IMG/VR virus record: IMGVR_UViG_3300012231_000005
Coordinates: 1 to 44,660 of that record
Strand: one strand, 5' to 3'
Length of the DNA: 44,660 nt
DNA from: a virus
Taxonomy: Duplodnaviria; Caudoviricetes
Position 1 is the stretch's first letter, and every line of letters starts with the position of its first letter. This document shows positions 35,438 through 44,660 of the stretch, in pieces. A program made the translations under genes and the position numbers. The notes below the pieces were generated by a model. It was not told the origin of the DNA. It saw nothing but the letters and a program-made list of their open reading frames with translations, and ran no database searches.

Positions 35438-38400
35438 TATCTCTCCCTTCGTTCGCGTGGTTCTCGGGGTTCTCGGAACATTTGTGGGCCTCGGACATTA
35501 ACTTCCTCTTCTTCAGGAAGGAAGATATCTGGAAGCTTCTGCGTACCGGGAACTGGTTGCTTCTTTAAGATGAATCTCCCAAACTTTCTAGATGCACCTT
35601 CGATATCCGACAAATCTCCAGTTTCTCCGGCTGCATATTCCCTGCCTGCCTGACCTACATCCCACAATTTCCGACCACCTTCTAATAGCGTAGTCGGTAC
35701 AGGTCCGATTCCAGAGGAAACAGGAAGTTTCTTCTGTGTCAGATCATCAGCGTATTCCTGGAACCAACCGATTCCGCCGGTAGTCAATGTATTCTGAAGC
35801 GCACGCCAAATCGGCGCATCGGTAGGAATCCTCTTATTTCTCGCGGCAGCCACAAACTTCTGATAAACAGTCTTATCATCGAAGTCTTCGATTCCCGAGA
35901 TGATTCCCTCCCCACGCAAGAAGGCTCGGATATCGTTGATAGCTTCTCCGACAAACGGGGCCAGCATCAAGATCCTCATAAGTGGGATTGGATCGCCCTT
36001 TGCAGCAAGTACCACGATATCCCGTGCGAATCCCGCCTGTTTGTATGCGAAGTTCTTAAACTGCCAGAAAAGTCTTCCAACAGGAGATTTAGACCAAGCA
36101 GGCATCGATAGAGGATCAGTCAAGAAGTTGGTCTTATTCGCCATTACTCTACCGACTTCTGCCATTGCTCTTTCAATCGGCATTCGTCGAAGCGCATTTG
36201 GATCTAATCCGAGGCGCCGAAGATCTTTCTCTGCTTCCCATCGTGAGTATCGTCCTAAAAGTGACGTTGGAGAAGCAAGAGCCGATTCAAGAACCTTTCT
36301 CCCAACCTGATTCGCTTGCACGCGCATCGACTTATCTAAAGTTGGAATTCCATGCAGATAACCACCACGAGACATCGCACTTTCTCGCTGTCTCTCATGC
36401 ATTATCGACGGTGCAGTGGCTCCTGAGATTGTCGCGTCGATTTCTTCCTTAGAATATCCGAAGAAATCAGGTGCGACTAGCTTATGGAACTTGGAGAAAG
36501 TATCTGCGAAGGATCTGATCGCATTCGTCACACCGCCATATGCAGCAGTATGCACGATTTGTCCAAGCTGCAAGGGAGACGAGAAACCAAGATCAGCAAG
36601 AGCCTCAAGATGCATCATCTTGCTAAATGCATCATACACTTCGCCATGCTTAGAAGCATCTCGTCCCGTAATTATATCGAAATACTTCTCGATAGTTTTT
36701 CCTGCCTTCGTATTCTCAACTTGGCCGCCTGAAGTAAAGAGAACTTTCTCGAGATTTTTTCCGAGATGCTTGGCTTCCGATATCCGACGTGTCGTATCAA
36801 CGATATAATCGTCTAGGACATAGAGATCTTTCCGATGAGGGAAGCGCCGATTCATGCGGTGTCGTTCGATATTCGGCTGTCTATATCCTGTATATGGATT
36901 CAAATCTACAGGCTGATCGTCCCACCATCCATCCTTAGCCATGTGTGGGAAGTAATTATTTAGTCTTCCTGTAGAGACGCCGTATGTCGCAGCCTCATTC
37001 TGAATCCAATCCAGAATCGCTCGCATTCCATGAAATGCTCTGATCGCTTCTCGACTTGTCAATGTGGAAAGCGGGGCGCGGCCATCAAGGACATTTACAA
37101 CATCCAACTTTTCTCGTGGAGTCAGAGGATTCGACAGTTTCCTACGTAATCCCACAAACTTGGAGAGCATATAAGTATGATCGTCTCTAAATGCTCTCGC
37201 AGCATCAGCCCGACGTGGAGATGCTTTTCGTAATACATCTTCCATCGGCATCGTAGCGCGATACCACTTACTTACATACTTTACAGGATCTCCCGATGCA
37301 TTTGCCGCGGGGCCGATAGGAGTCGGTAAATTAATACCACCGCCACCCCTTACATTTCCTCCCCGTCCACCAGCTTGTCCGCGTACAATTGCTGCTAATT
37401 GTACGAGAGCCTGCGCATCGGCAACTCTTGGATCTGCTTGTGGATCTGATTCGTCAGTGACATTTACATCTTCTCCTGCGGCTTTACGACGATTACGCTC
37501 AGCATCAATTAGTCCCTTTTGCCGCTTTAGATCTTCGTATTCCTCCTTTATTCTTCCATATTCGGGATCGTTACTGTCGGTATTCTCGAGTTTTGTCTCG
37601 GCGTCGTAGTATTGGACATCTTTGTTGGTTTTGAGCCTGTCGAGTTGCCCTTTAGAAAAGCTTGATAACGAGGGTTCGCTTCCTTCACCTTTTCCAGAAG
37701 TTCCTGTCGATCCAATCCCGCGTTCTCCGCCGCTCTCAGAATCGCCTCCTGATGATCCGGAAAACTTTGATTGGAGAGGAGCATCCTCAGATACAGATCT
37801 GCCAGCACTGAGTCTAGCGGCATCTTCTTCACCCACCTTTATCGCAATGTCTTTGATCTTATCAGTTCCCGACTTCTTCGCCATGAAGTCTTTATTTATG
37901 TCATAAAGACGATCTGCAAAAGTTCTTCCATTTTTATCAGTCTTCTTAAGAAGTCTCAGGGATTCATTGGTAAGCATCGCTGCATATTCCATTGCAGGAC
38001 CCATCCAATTTGTTAGGGCACTTGTCATTCCTTCTCCATGATTTGGTGCATGTTCGTGGAGAAGTTCGTGAACTATCGTGTGCCACATATCCTTGTTGGC
38101 TGCTTCAATTGGATCTTGCCCAGGGAATAGATAATCTCCATCTCGCTTAAATCGCGCCATCGTGAGAAATGGATCTAGGAGATTTTGGTTCGGGGCGTCG
38201 GCTACACCGGCAGCCTCTCTAAACCATTTACCTGGAACATGAACTCCAAACCACTCATCAGATATTCCAAGACCGTAGAATATTTGCTTTCCTATATTCT
38301 TAAGTATAGGGATCTTCTTTAAGTAATCTCTGATATCGTCATGACCCATCTTGAAGATGGCAGTTAATTCTTGAATATCTGGATCATTAGCTATTGCAGA

Positions 38401-41400
38401 CATCTTATCTGCTGGATAGCTTCCAGTAGTCTCTAAAATTCTAGTCCCAGTCCCAGGAATATCGACACCGGAATTGAAGACTCTGATGTATTCAGCTTTT
38501 CTAGCAGCTAATAGAGAAGCTGCTAGTTCCCTTTCCATGAATCTCTGTACTTCTTTTTCCGCTTCCCCTCTTAATGCTTCTCTATTTGGAGTAAATGGAT
38601 AGTTGATATTTTCTGTATCAACTGTCGGCTTGACATCGACAATTACCTTGCCAGGTACTTTGACAGAATCCATCAAAAATGTACTACTAGCAAGTTGGTA
38701 CATACCATCATTATTTACTGCAAAGTGTATGCTACTAGATAGATGAAGATCGCCACCTCCCCTAAATACCTCTATATCAGCCCCAGGTACACTCTTCTTA
38801 AAGATACTAGTAGTAGTCGCCTTATTATCTTCTGTAAGATAAGTATCATCATTAACCTTGATGACTACTTCCTTACCAGGAAGTATAGAATAACTACTAA
38901 ATTTATCAGCAAACTGTCTTGATTCATGGGCATCAAGTGATCTATCAGGTCTGATCTTGTATCTTGTAATGGTTCCAGTTGGAGTATCAGAGTCTACAAT
39001 CTGCGTCGTCAATTTTAGTCCAGCATCCTTGAGATTCGCACCATCATTTCTTGCTAACCACGAAGTCCCTGGCCCTTCTAATACTGATCGGACCTTTTGG
39101 CCGCTGACTACCGATACCGTTTCGACGTAGATATGTTGGGAATTTCCAAGCATCGCGATCGTTGCGACACCGAAACCGCCACGAGTCCCACCTGGTTTAA
39201 AACTCTTCCCTGGATTTAGAAATGCAACCGAAAGAACCTGCGGAGACATTCCTATTCCAGTATCCCGAGTTGTAACTATATTATCTCTAGTATCAACATG
39301 GGTATGAACTCTTCCATCTCCTGGCAGAGCATCGACTGAATTCTGTACAGATTCCTTAGCAATTACTCTCCCTAGATCTTCCTTATAAAGAGTAAGAGCC
39401 ATCTGTCTCAGTATTCGAGGATCTGAACTCCCCTGGACAAAAGAAGTTCCTTCTGTAATCTGCTCTGTAGTAGGATCTAAAGCTATACCTTCGTCTTTAG
39501 CTGCCTCTAAACTTCTGGAATACTCTGCTTCCGCAGCTTTTCTTGCATCCTTAGTCTCTGTAGAAAGCCAAAATTCATCTCCCTCTTTCGCACTCTTGAA
39601 GATTTTTTGATCTCCAAAAGAAGGTCCAATTCCTTCTCTAGCCGTAAGAGATCCATCAGAATTGATCTTGGTTATCGTATAAGTATCGAAACTTCCACGT
39701 TCCTCTATTGTCTCTCCAACTTTAAAGTCTATAAAGTCTAAAGGTTTATCAACCCAATGAGCTTTTGGCCTCGTAGATTTAGAAAGCCTTGGGGCTGTAG
39801 CTGTAGAGAGGACATTTGCATCTACGACATCGTCCGGATCGATGACGCTGATATCATCATCAATCAGCTCAGGCTCATCAAAAGGATCATAAAGGACGAT
39901 ATCCTCTGCATCAACCCAATCTTGCATACCATTCTTTTCGGATTCAAGTAGGTATGCAAATGTTCCATCGGCCTTTTTCTCTGCTTTAACTACGATAAAC
40001 TTATCGTTTGGATCTCCTCCCCATAATTTAGCCGCTTCTCCTTGTAACTTGACAGACTCATCAATTTGCAGCCTACCTTCTCTAACTCCTTCTGGAGAAT
40101 ATCCTAGATCATTCATGGTTTTTCCAGGAATAGATGAAGGCTTACTTCCAAAATCAGGAAGTTCTTCAGACTCTCCCATGATGAAGTCTGTCAAGGTTTG
40201 GGTTAGGGATTTATCCTTTTTAGGCTCTACATGGGTTACAGTATTAGGAGCAACCCATTTTTCACTACCATTTGCCATCTGGATTCGAGCATCTCCAGAT
40301 GAATTAATCATTATTACTTTGCCCTTTAACTTACCTCCAGCAGAGACAGATGTAATCGTATCTCCCATCTTCCATTTTAGGGATGTTGGAGTGGCTGATT
40401 TTGTAGGAGACAGATCAGAGATTGGGATTATAAAACCGCCGCTATTAGGAATTTTTACAGAGGCATCCTGTGTGTTTGGAAATCCTGTAATTTCTCCTAT
40501 TTCTCGCTTTCCATTAAGAGTAAAAGCTACAGTATCTCCTTTCTTGAAGGATTTCGATGGCCCTTTAGATTCCAACTGAACTTCAGGAATCTCCTCAGAA
40601 GGGATTTCGATTTTCGCGTCGGGTGGTTCACGAGACATTAACGGTTCCCCCGTCTTACGTGGGGAAGTAGCGAATGTATCGAACTTATCGCCTAATTCTT
40701 CATTAAGCTCGTCTTTAATCTGTCCAGGGTATCTTAACTCTTCTTTACCTTCCAAGACTCTACCAACTGAGTCCATCTTCAGTCGAACTTTAGGAGTAAG
40801 TCCGCCTTTTCCTAGAAGATCATATGTACTCTTAGCACCTATATCTGATCCAAGGACAGCAGAATCGATATTACCGGTTAGATCCTCTATTTCTCTCATC
40901 CTACGTTGATGTTCGGGAGTGCCTCTTCCAGATTTTACTAGATATTCAAGACCTTGATATTCTCTACGTAACTCATCAAGATCCTGAGATGGCATCTCGG
41001 TGATTTCGACTCGTGGTGGTTTTGAACTCGACATCAAAAGTTCGCCTGTCTCACGAGGCGATGTCGTAAATCTCCTATTGATGTCTGTCAGTTGCTTAGC
41101 AGCATCAGCCTTTAAATCTTCATCTGAAGTTATCTCATCTTCCCCACGCAAAACACGACCTACAGGCTCTACATCTTTAAGATCACCCTTAACGAATTCT
41201 CCACGCAATCTCCGAACAAGATCATTCGCACGCGGATTAGACTCAAGTATACCGTAGTCTATATTATCAGCGATCCTCTTGATCTCATCCATCCTTCGAC
41301 GCTGCTCTGGAGTATTTTCCTGTAGATGATTAAGCCACTCAAATTCCCGAATCAAATCCTCGAAATTACCAGGAGGCATATTGGTAATTTCGACTTGCGG

Positions 41401-43365
41401 AGGATTGTTTGTCTCTTCTGGAGTCCGAAGTTTGTTGAAAGAGTCTGAGACTAATTGATCGATACTCTTCCATCCTTCATCAAGATCTAGATCTCCAACT
41501 GTCTTTTCTGAAGGTAAAGGGGTCTTATATCTGAAAGTAGATTTATACTCTTCTTCTTGCTCTGGAGTCCAATCAGGATCATCACGATTATATCCGAAAG
41601 ACTCTCTTTGAGTATCCCATCTTTCTTGAGCTTCACGCTCGGCTTCTGAAGGTTGATATATATCCCCTTCGTCTGGCCCAGGCGCTTCTTGTCCGATAAA
41701 CTTCCTATAATCTTCTCTAGCAGATCGAGCTTCTTCAGGATCGATAAGGACTTCGTCCCAAACTGTATCTTCTAGTTCCTTTTGATAAGCGTCTGGATCT
41801 TGAATCCTATCAGCCTGTCTAATTCGTGCCTTCTGGGGAGGAGATAGTTTACTCCAACTCTCTATCGCATCAGGAATTTCTTCTTCATCTCCCTCAGTAT
41901 AGTTATCGATATATCTTTGAGGGGGCTGATCTTGAAGAGCATCAGGATCTCCAGGATCTGGTTGGGGCCAAGGTTCTTCTTCCCCTAAAGGAAGTCCCTC
42001 CTTAACCATGTCATCTATTTCTTTTCTAGTAATTCCTTGTTTTTGAAGCCCAACTACATAGATATGAATCTCTTCAGGAGATTGTGCATTTAAGAGGCCA
42101 TTAATAAGATTATCGACGGAGTCATTCTCCAGACCAGCACTCTTAAGTCTTTCTCTAATAGCAGAATTTATAGGACCTAAAGGCTCTCTTGTAGCAAGCT
42201 CATCAGGAGTCTTGACTTCCAAAGGATTTTCGTCAAACATCGACGCGCCACGAGTTTCCGTCTTTGTTGCCGTCGCGGTGCGAGTCCGAGGATCTGACGA
42301 AGTAATCGGATCAGGAACCGTAATCTGCGGGACTTCAGATCGAGGGATTTCTGGTTGTGTTGGATTAAGAACTTCTACATTAATCGCAGGATCAGTCAAT
42401 TCTGATTTAAGAACTAAGAATACATGGCCTCTCGTATTATCTTTAACCCAAGCATGACCAGGATACTCAGGAGCATCCCAAGTTGTGACATTCTCACTTC
42501 TTAATTCTGGGACATTCGCGACTACAGATCTCTCTCCCTCTGGAGTCCAATCAGGAAGATTTTCCTTAAATCTAGCTTGACGGGCATTAGGCGGGGGAGT
42601 TAAATCTGGTGGAATCTCAATCTTAGCATCAACTTCAGGGGGAATTGGAGCTTGCGGAGCTTGCGGATCAAAATCAGATCTCCGCATAATCGCCTGAGAT
42701 CCAACTTGATACGGCTGCTCTGTCCTTTGAATTGCTGTCGAAGTTCCAGTTCCTGGAACTCTTTGAGATCTACCAAATCCAGGCAGATTGATTCTTGGTC
42801 CTCTTCCTGCATATCCCATAGCAGGCAAACCACCGAGGCCCATTTGTACTATTTCGGGAGAGATATCGCCAAGTGCTTCTTCCCAACTTCTACCGTCGGA
42901 GACATCCGCAAATTCAGGATACTTTTCGACTAGGCTATGTCCAGCCTGTCCAGCAAATCCAGCCCCACCAATCGCCTCGGCAGCTTTTGCCCTAGATAGA
43001 TCTTTAAGTAAAGAAGGGCCAAGGGATTGAATCCCATACTTTTTAGCAGCGTGCTGGATTAATCCCCTTCCAACGCTAGACGTACCGAAAAGTGCCCCGA
43101 CAGGACTGGCAAAGTTGGCAAGAACTTCAGTCCCTGTAGAGCCTACATCCCGCATAAGAGATTCGGCATAAGCTCTTTCTGGAGACATTCTATCTATGTC
43201 TCCAGTACCATGTTCTCTTATCGCTTGAGAAGTCTCTTCTGCGAATTCTGCGACAGGATCAGGTGGTTTTAGAAGATTCTTAAAGATAGACTCATCATAT
43301 CCTTCAGGACCGACTGATCTTTTGTAGAGATTGAGCTTGTTTAGGATATCCCAGAAATCAGCCAT
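35437..43365 (-). CDS. Giant multidomain (polyvalent-like) putative ejected virion protein: duplicated module, SH3/KOW-like repeats, GHKL ATPase, zincin, C-terminal ejection-type helical region
   Basis: 2642 aa; ESVQNSVD/DTGIGMS/GGFGVA GHKL motifs; HELLH..H; NYFPH; end of the ejection-gene cluster. Confidence 0.8.
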   Translation of the reverse strand: MADFWDILNKLNLYKRSVGPEGYDESIFKNLLKPPDPVAEFAEETSQAIREHGTGDIDRMSPERAYAESLMRDVGSTGTEVLANFASPVGALFGTSSVGRGLIQHAAKKYGIQSLGPSLLKDLSRAKAAEAIGGAGFAGQAGHSLVEKYPEFADVSDGRSWEEALGDISPEIVQMGLGGLPAMGYAGRGPRINLPGFGRSQRVPGTGTSTAIQRTEQPYQVGSQAIMRRSDFDPQAPQAPIPPEVDAKIEIPPDLTPPPNARQARFKENLPDWTPEGERSVVANVPELRSENVTTWDAPEYPGHAWVKDNTRGHVFLVLKSELTDPAINVEVLNPTQPEIPRSEVPQITVPDPITSSDPRTRTATATKTETRGASMFDENPLEVKTPDELATREPLGPINSAIRERLKSAGLENDSVDNLINGLLNAQSPEEIHIYVVGLQKQGITRKEIDDMVKEGLPLGEEEPWPQPDPGDPDALQDQPPQRYIDNYTEGDEEEIPDAIESWSKLSPPQKARIRQADRIQDPDAYQKELEDTVWDEVLIDPEEARSAREDYRKFIGQEAPGPDEGDIYQPSEAEREAQERWDTQRESFGYNRDDPDWTPEQEEEYKSTFRYKTPLPSEKTVGDLDLDEGWKSIDQLVSDSFNKLRTPEETNNPPQVEITNMPPGNFEDLIREFEWLNHLQENTPEQRRRMDEIKRIADNIDYGILESNPRANDLVRRLRGEFVKGDLKDVEPVGRVLRGEDEITSDEDLKADAAKQLTDINRRFTTSPRETGELLMSSSKPPRVEITEMPSQDLDELRREYQGLEYLVKSGRGTPEHQRRMREIEDLTGNIDSAVLGSDIGAKSTYDLLGKGGLTPKVRLKMDSVGRVLEGKEELRYPGQIKDELNEELGDKFDTFATSPRKTGEPLMSREPPDAKIEIPSEEIPEVQLESKGPSKSFKKGDTVAFTLNGKREIGEITGFPNTQDASVKIPNSGGFIIPISDLSPTKSATPTSLKWKMGDTITSVSAGGKLKGKVIMINSSGDARIQMANGSEKWVAPNTVTHVEPKKDKSLTQTLTDFIMGESEELPDFGSKPSSIPGKTMNDLGYSPEGVREGRLQIDESVKLQGEAAKLWGGDPNDKFIVVKAEKKADGTFAYLLESEKNGMQDWVDAEDIVLYDPFDEPELIDDDISVIDPDDVVDANVLSTATAPRLSKSTRPKAHWVDKPLDFIDFKVGETIEERGSFDTYTITKINSDGSLTAREGIGPSFGDQKIFKSAKEGDEFWLSTETKDARKAAEAEYSRSLEAAKDEGIALDPTTEQITEGTSFVQGSSDPRILRQMALTLYKEDLGRVIAKESVQNSVDALPGDGRVHTHVDTRDNIVTTRDTGIGMSPQVLSVAFLNPGKSFKPGGTRGGFGVATIAMLGNSQHIYVETVSVVSGQKVRSVLEGPGTSWLARNDGANLKDAGLKLTTQIVDSDTPTGTITRYKIRPDRSLDAHESRQFADKFSSYSILPGKEVVIKVNDDTYLTEDNKATTTSIFKKSVPGADIEVFRGGGDLHLSSSIHFAVNNDGMYQLASSTFLMDSVKVPGKVIVDVKPTVDTENINYPFTPNREALRGEAEKEVQRFMERELAASLLAARKAEYIRVFNSGVDIPGTGTRILETTGSYPADKMSAIANDPDIQELTAIFKMGHDDIRDYLKKIPILKNIGKQIFYGLGISDEWFGVHVPGKWFREAAGVADAPNQNLLDPFLTMARFKRDGDYLFPGQDPIEAANKDMWHTIVHELLHEHAPNHGEGMTSALTNWMGPAMEYAAMLTNESLRLLKKTDKNGRTFADRLYDINKDFMAKKSGTDKIKDIAIKVGEEDAARLSAGRSVSEDAPLQSKFSGSSGGDSESGGERGIGSTGTSGKGEGSEPSLSSFSKGQLDRLKTNKDVQYYDAETKLENTDSNDPEYGRIKEEYEDLKRQKGLIDAERNRRKAAGEDVNVTDESDPQADPRVADAQALVQLAAIVRGQAGGRGGNVRGGGGINLPTPIGPAANASGDPVKYVSKWYRATMPMEDVLRKASPRRADAARAFRDDHTYMLSKFVGLRRKLSNPLTPREKLDVVNVLDGRAPLSTLTSREAIRAFHGMRAILDWIQNEAATYGVSTGRLNNYFPHMAKDGWWDDQPVDLNPYTGYRQPNIERHRMNRRFPHRKDLYVLDDYIVDTTRRISEAKHLGKNLEKVLFTSGGQVENTKAGKTIEKYFDIITGRDASKHGEVYDAFSKMMHLEALADLGFSSPLQLGQIVHTAAYGGVTNAIRSFADTFSKFHKLVAPDFFGYSKEEIDATISGATAPSIMHERQRESAMSRGGYLHGIPTLDKSMRVQANQVGRKVLESALASPTSLLGRYSRWEAEKDLRRLGLDPNALRRMPIERAMAEVGRVMANKTNFLTDPLSMPAWSKSPVGRLFWQFKNFAYKQAGFARDIVVLAAKGDPIPLMRILMLAPFVGEAINDIRAFLRGEGIISGIEDFDDKTVYQKFVAAARNKRIPTDAPIWRALQNTLTTGGIGWFQEYADDLTQKKLPVSSGIGPVPTTLLEGGRKLWDVGQAGREYAAGETGDLSDIEGASRKFGRFILKKQPVPGTQKLPDIFLPEEEEVNVRGPQMFREPREPRERRER

Positions 43366-43368
43366 TTG

Positions 43369-44660
43369 TCAGTCCTCGTCTCGATCAGAAACATACGGTT
43401 CACGAGAAGGATCGGACTCTTTCAGGATTCTCTTAGATTCAGCTTCGACGATTCTCTGGAAGTTATCCCACGCTTGGAGCATCGACTGTCCGCTACCTTT
43501 TATTTTTGCTCCTTCTGTCCTATTCTTGATTTCTGGCCTTAATACCTTATATCCACCACTAGTAGTCCAGAAATCATTAAACTCAGGGAACTTCTTAAGA
43601 ACTTTAGCTTCAGCCATCTTAGTGGCTCGTTCTTGATCCGCTGTCGTATGTCTCCTAACTAATCCCGCGCGTCCTGCTGCTGTACCAGCCCTTCTTTCAG
43701 CAGTAGCAGCATTTCTTTCTGCAATTCCAAGTGTACGAGCACGATAATCTGCAAGACTTTCTCCTGCTCTTCTTCGATCTTCTCGTGTAGCAGCGCGATC
43801 TCTCTGCATTCCTGCTCGATAATCTTGAGTCCCCTTGTAAGTCAAAGCTCTGAGAATATTCTGCATCCTACGATTCTCAGATGCGACATCCAATCCTGCG
43901 ATATCCTTCAAACCGGCGCCCTTTTGTTGCCAATCGCGAAGGGACATTTCATGTGGTCTATCAAGCAATCCCAAAGTAGTCGCGGCCCCTGCAGCAGGGT
44001 TCTTTATTCCAACTCCAATCCCCGCAATTGCAGCTAGAATCTTATTTTTCAGGCCTGGATCTTGACGCTGCGGCATTCTACCGAGATGCTCACGATATTC
44101 TGAGATAGATGGAGATTCTTTATCATCCATCATCATGCTGAAAGGATCCGATTGATCTTGATCCTGATCCTGATCCTGATCTGATTGAGGGCTATTATAC
44201 GATCCCGAAGGGATCATCCCTGCCGCATCATCATCTGCGTCAAGTGTCTCAGTCTCATCTAAATCCTGAGAATAGACATTATCCTCAGATAGATCAGCAT
44301 CATCTCCAAAGGAGTTCATGCCACTTAGAAAATCGACAGGAGATCCTTCTTCGCCACCGCCCTTGAATCTACTTGGACTTGATACAGTTCCTCTGGCTAT
44401 TGGATCGATTCTTGTTGTCTGTTTGATAGATGGATTCATCGGTTTCGGGGCGACTTGAGTCGTCTTCTCAACAGATTGGCTCATCATCCCATTAGGACCA
44501 ATCTTCTCATCTCTAGACAATCCAGGTGGAGGAGCTTCTGCCTCTTCGGGATCAGTATTCCCTCGAAACATCTCAAACTTCTTGAAGAAGTTCTCTATGC
44601 CTGTACGAATTGGATTTTCATTATCTTCAGGGTAGAAGCGGGGATTGTACTTGATAGCCA
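43369..44660 (-). CDS. Putative internal virion protein (about 430 aa including the part at 1..124)
   Basis: Acidic N-half, hydrophobic ILAAIAGIGVG segment, basic R/A-rich coiled coil; crosses the circular junction. Confidence 0.7.
   Translation of the reverse strand, partial: AIKYNPRFYPEDNENPIRTGIENFFKKFEMFRGNTDPEEAEAPPPGLSRDEKIGPNGMMSQSVEKTTQVAPKPMNPSIKQTTRIDPIARGTVSSPSRFKGGGEEGSPVDFLSGMNSFGDDADLSEDNVYSQDLDETETLDADDDAAGMIPSGSYNSPQSDQDQDQDQDQSDPFSMMMDDKESPSISEYREHLGRMPQRQDPGLKNKILAAIAGIGVGIKNPAAGAATTLGLLDRPHEMSLRDWQQKGAGLKDIAGLDVASENRRMQNILRALTYKGTQDYRAGMQRDRAATREDRRRAGESLADYRARTLGIAERNAATAERRAGTAAGRAGLVRRHTTADQERATKMAEAKVLKKFPEFNDFWTTSGGYKVLRPEIKNRTEGAKIKGSGQSMLQAWDNFQRIVEAESKRILKESDPSREPYVSDRDED
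44538..44660. repeat. Terminal direct repeat, copy 2
   Basis: Identical to 1-123. Confidence 0.95.

Noticed and set aside
44153-44186. TGATCC hexamer repeat (QD)n as a phase-variation switch
   Set aside because: The unit is a multiple of three in a low-complexity acidic linker, so it cannot shift the frame.
1-44660. Stop-codon reassignment, integrase/lysogeny module, or diversity-generating retroelement
   Set aside because: Core genes are intact in the standard code and use all three stops; no recombinase or reverse transcriptase motifs or TR/VR pairs were seen.

Overview
The window is most likely a complete, circularly permuted dsDNA tailed-phage genome of podovirus-like organisation. The unit length is about 44,537 bp, since bases 1-123 are repeated exactly at 44538-44660. 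A ~1.4 kb control region (about 19140-20970) separates two divergent arms. The leftward (minus-strand) arm carries envelope-targeted/secreted proteins, terminase, portal, scaffold, major capsid, tail tube/nozzle, a short fibre and putative ejected internal proteins. It wraps through the junction into a 2642-aa multidomain protein. The rightward (plus-strand) arm carries many small Zn-finger ORFs, a SNF2 helicase, a Cas4-like nuclease/AAA ATPase/SSB module, a MazG-like protein, tRNA-Leu(UAA), a UDG-exonuclease-PolA fusion and a DUF3987-like helicase. I recognised no integrase, primase or endolysin. Four observations stand out. (1) Fibre/spike-like and Cys-rich proteins carry Sec signal peptides and are the first genes of the late arm. 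(2) The giant putative virion protein has GHKL-ATPase, zincin and SH3-like modules. (3) A long intergenic hairpin has a loop complementary to the extended ribosome-binding site shared by early genes. (4) The control region holds palindromic repeats, a G-quadruplex motif and a long A-tract. All calls come from motif recognition by eye, without database searches.
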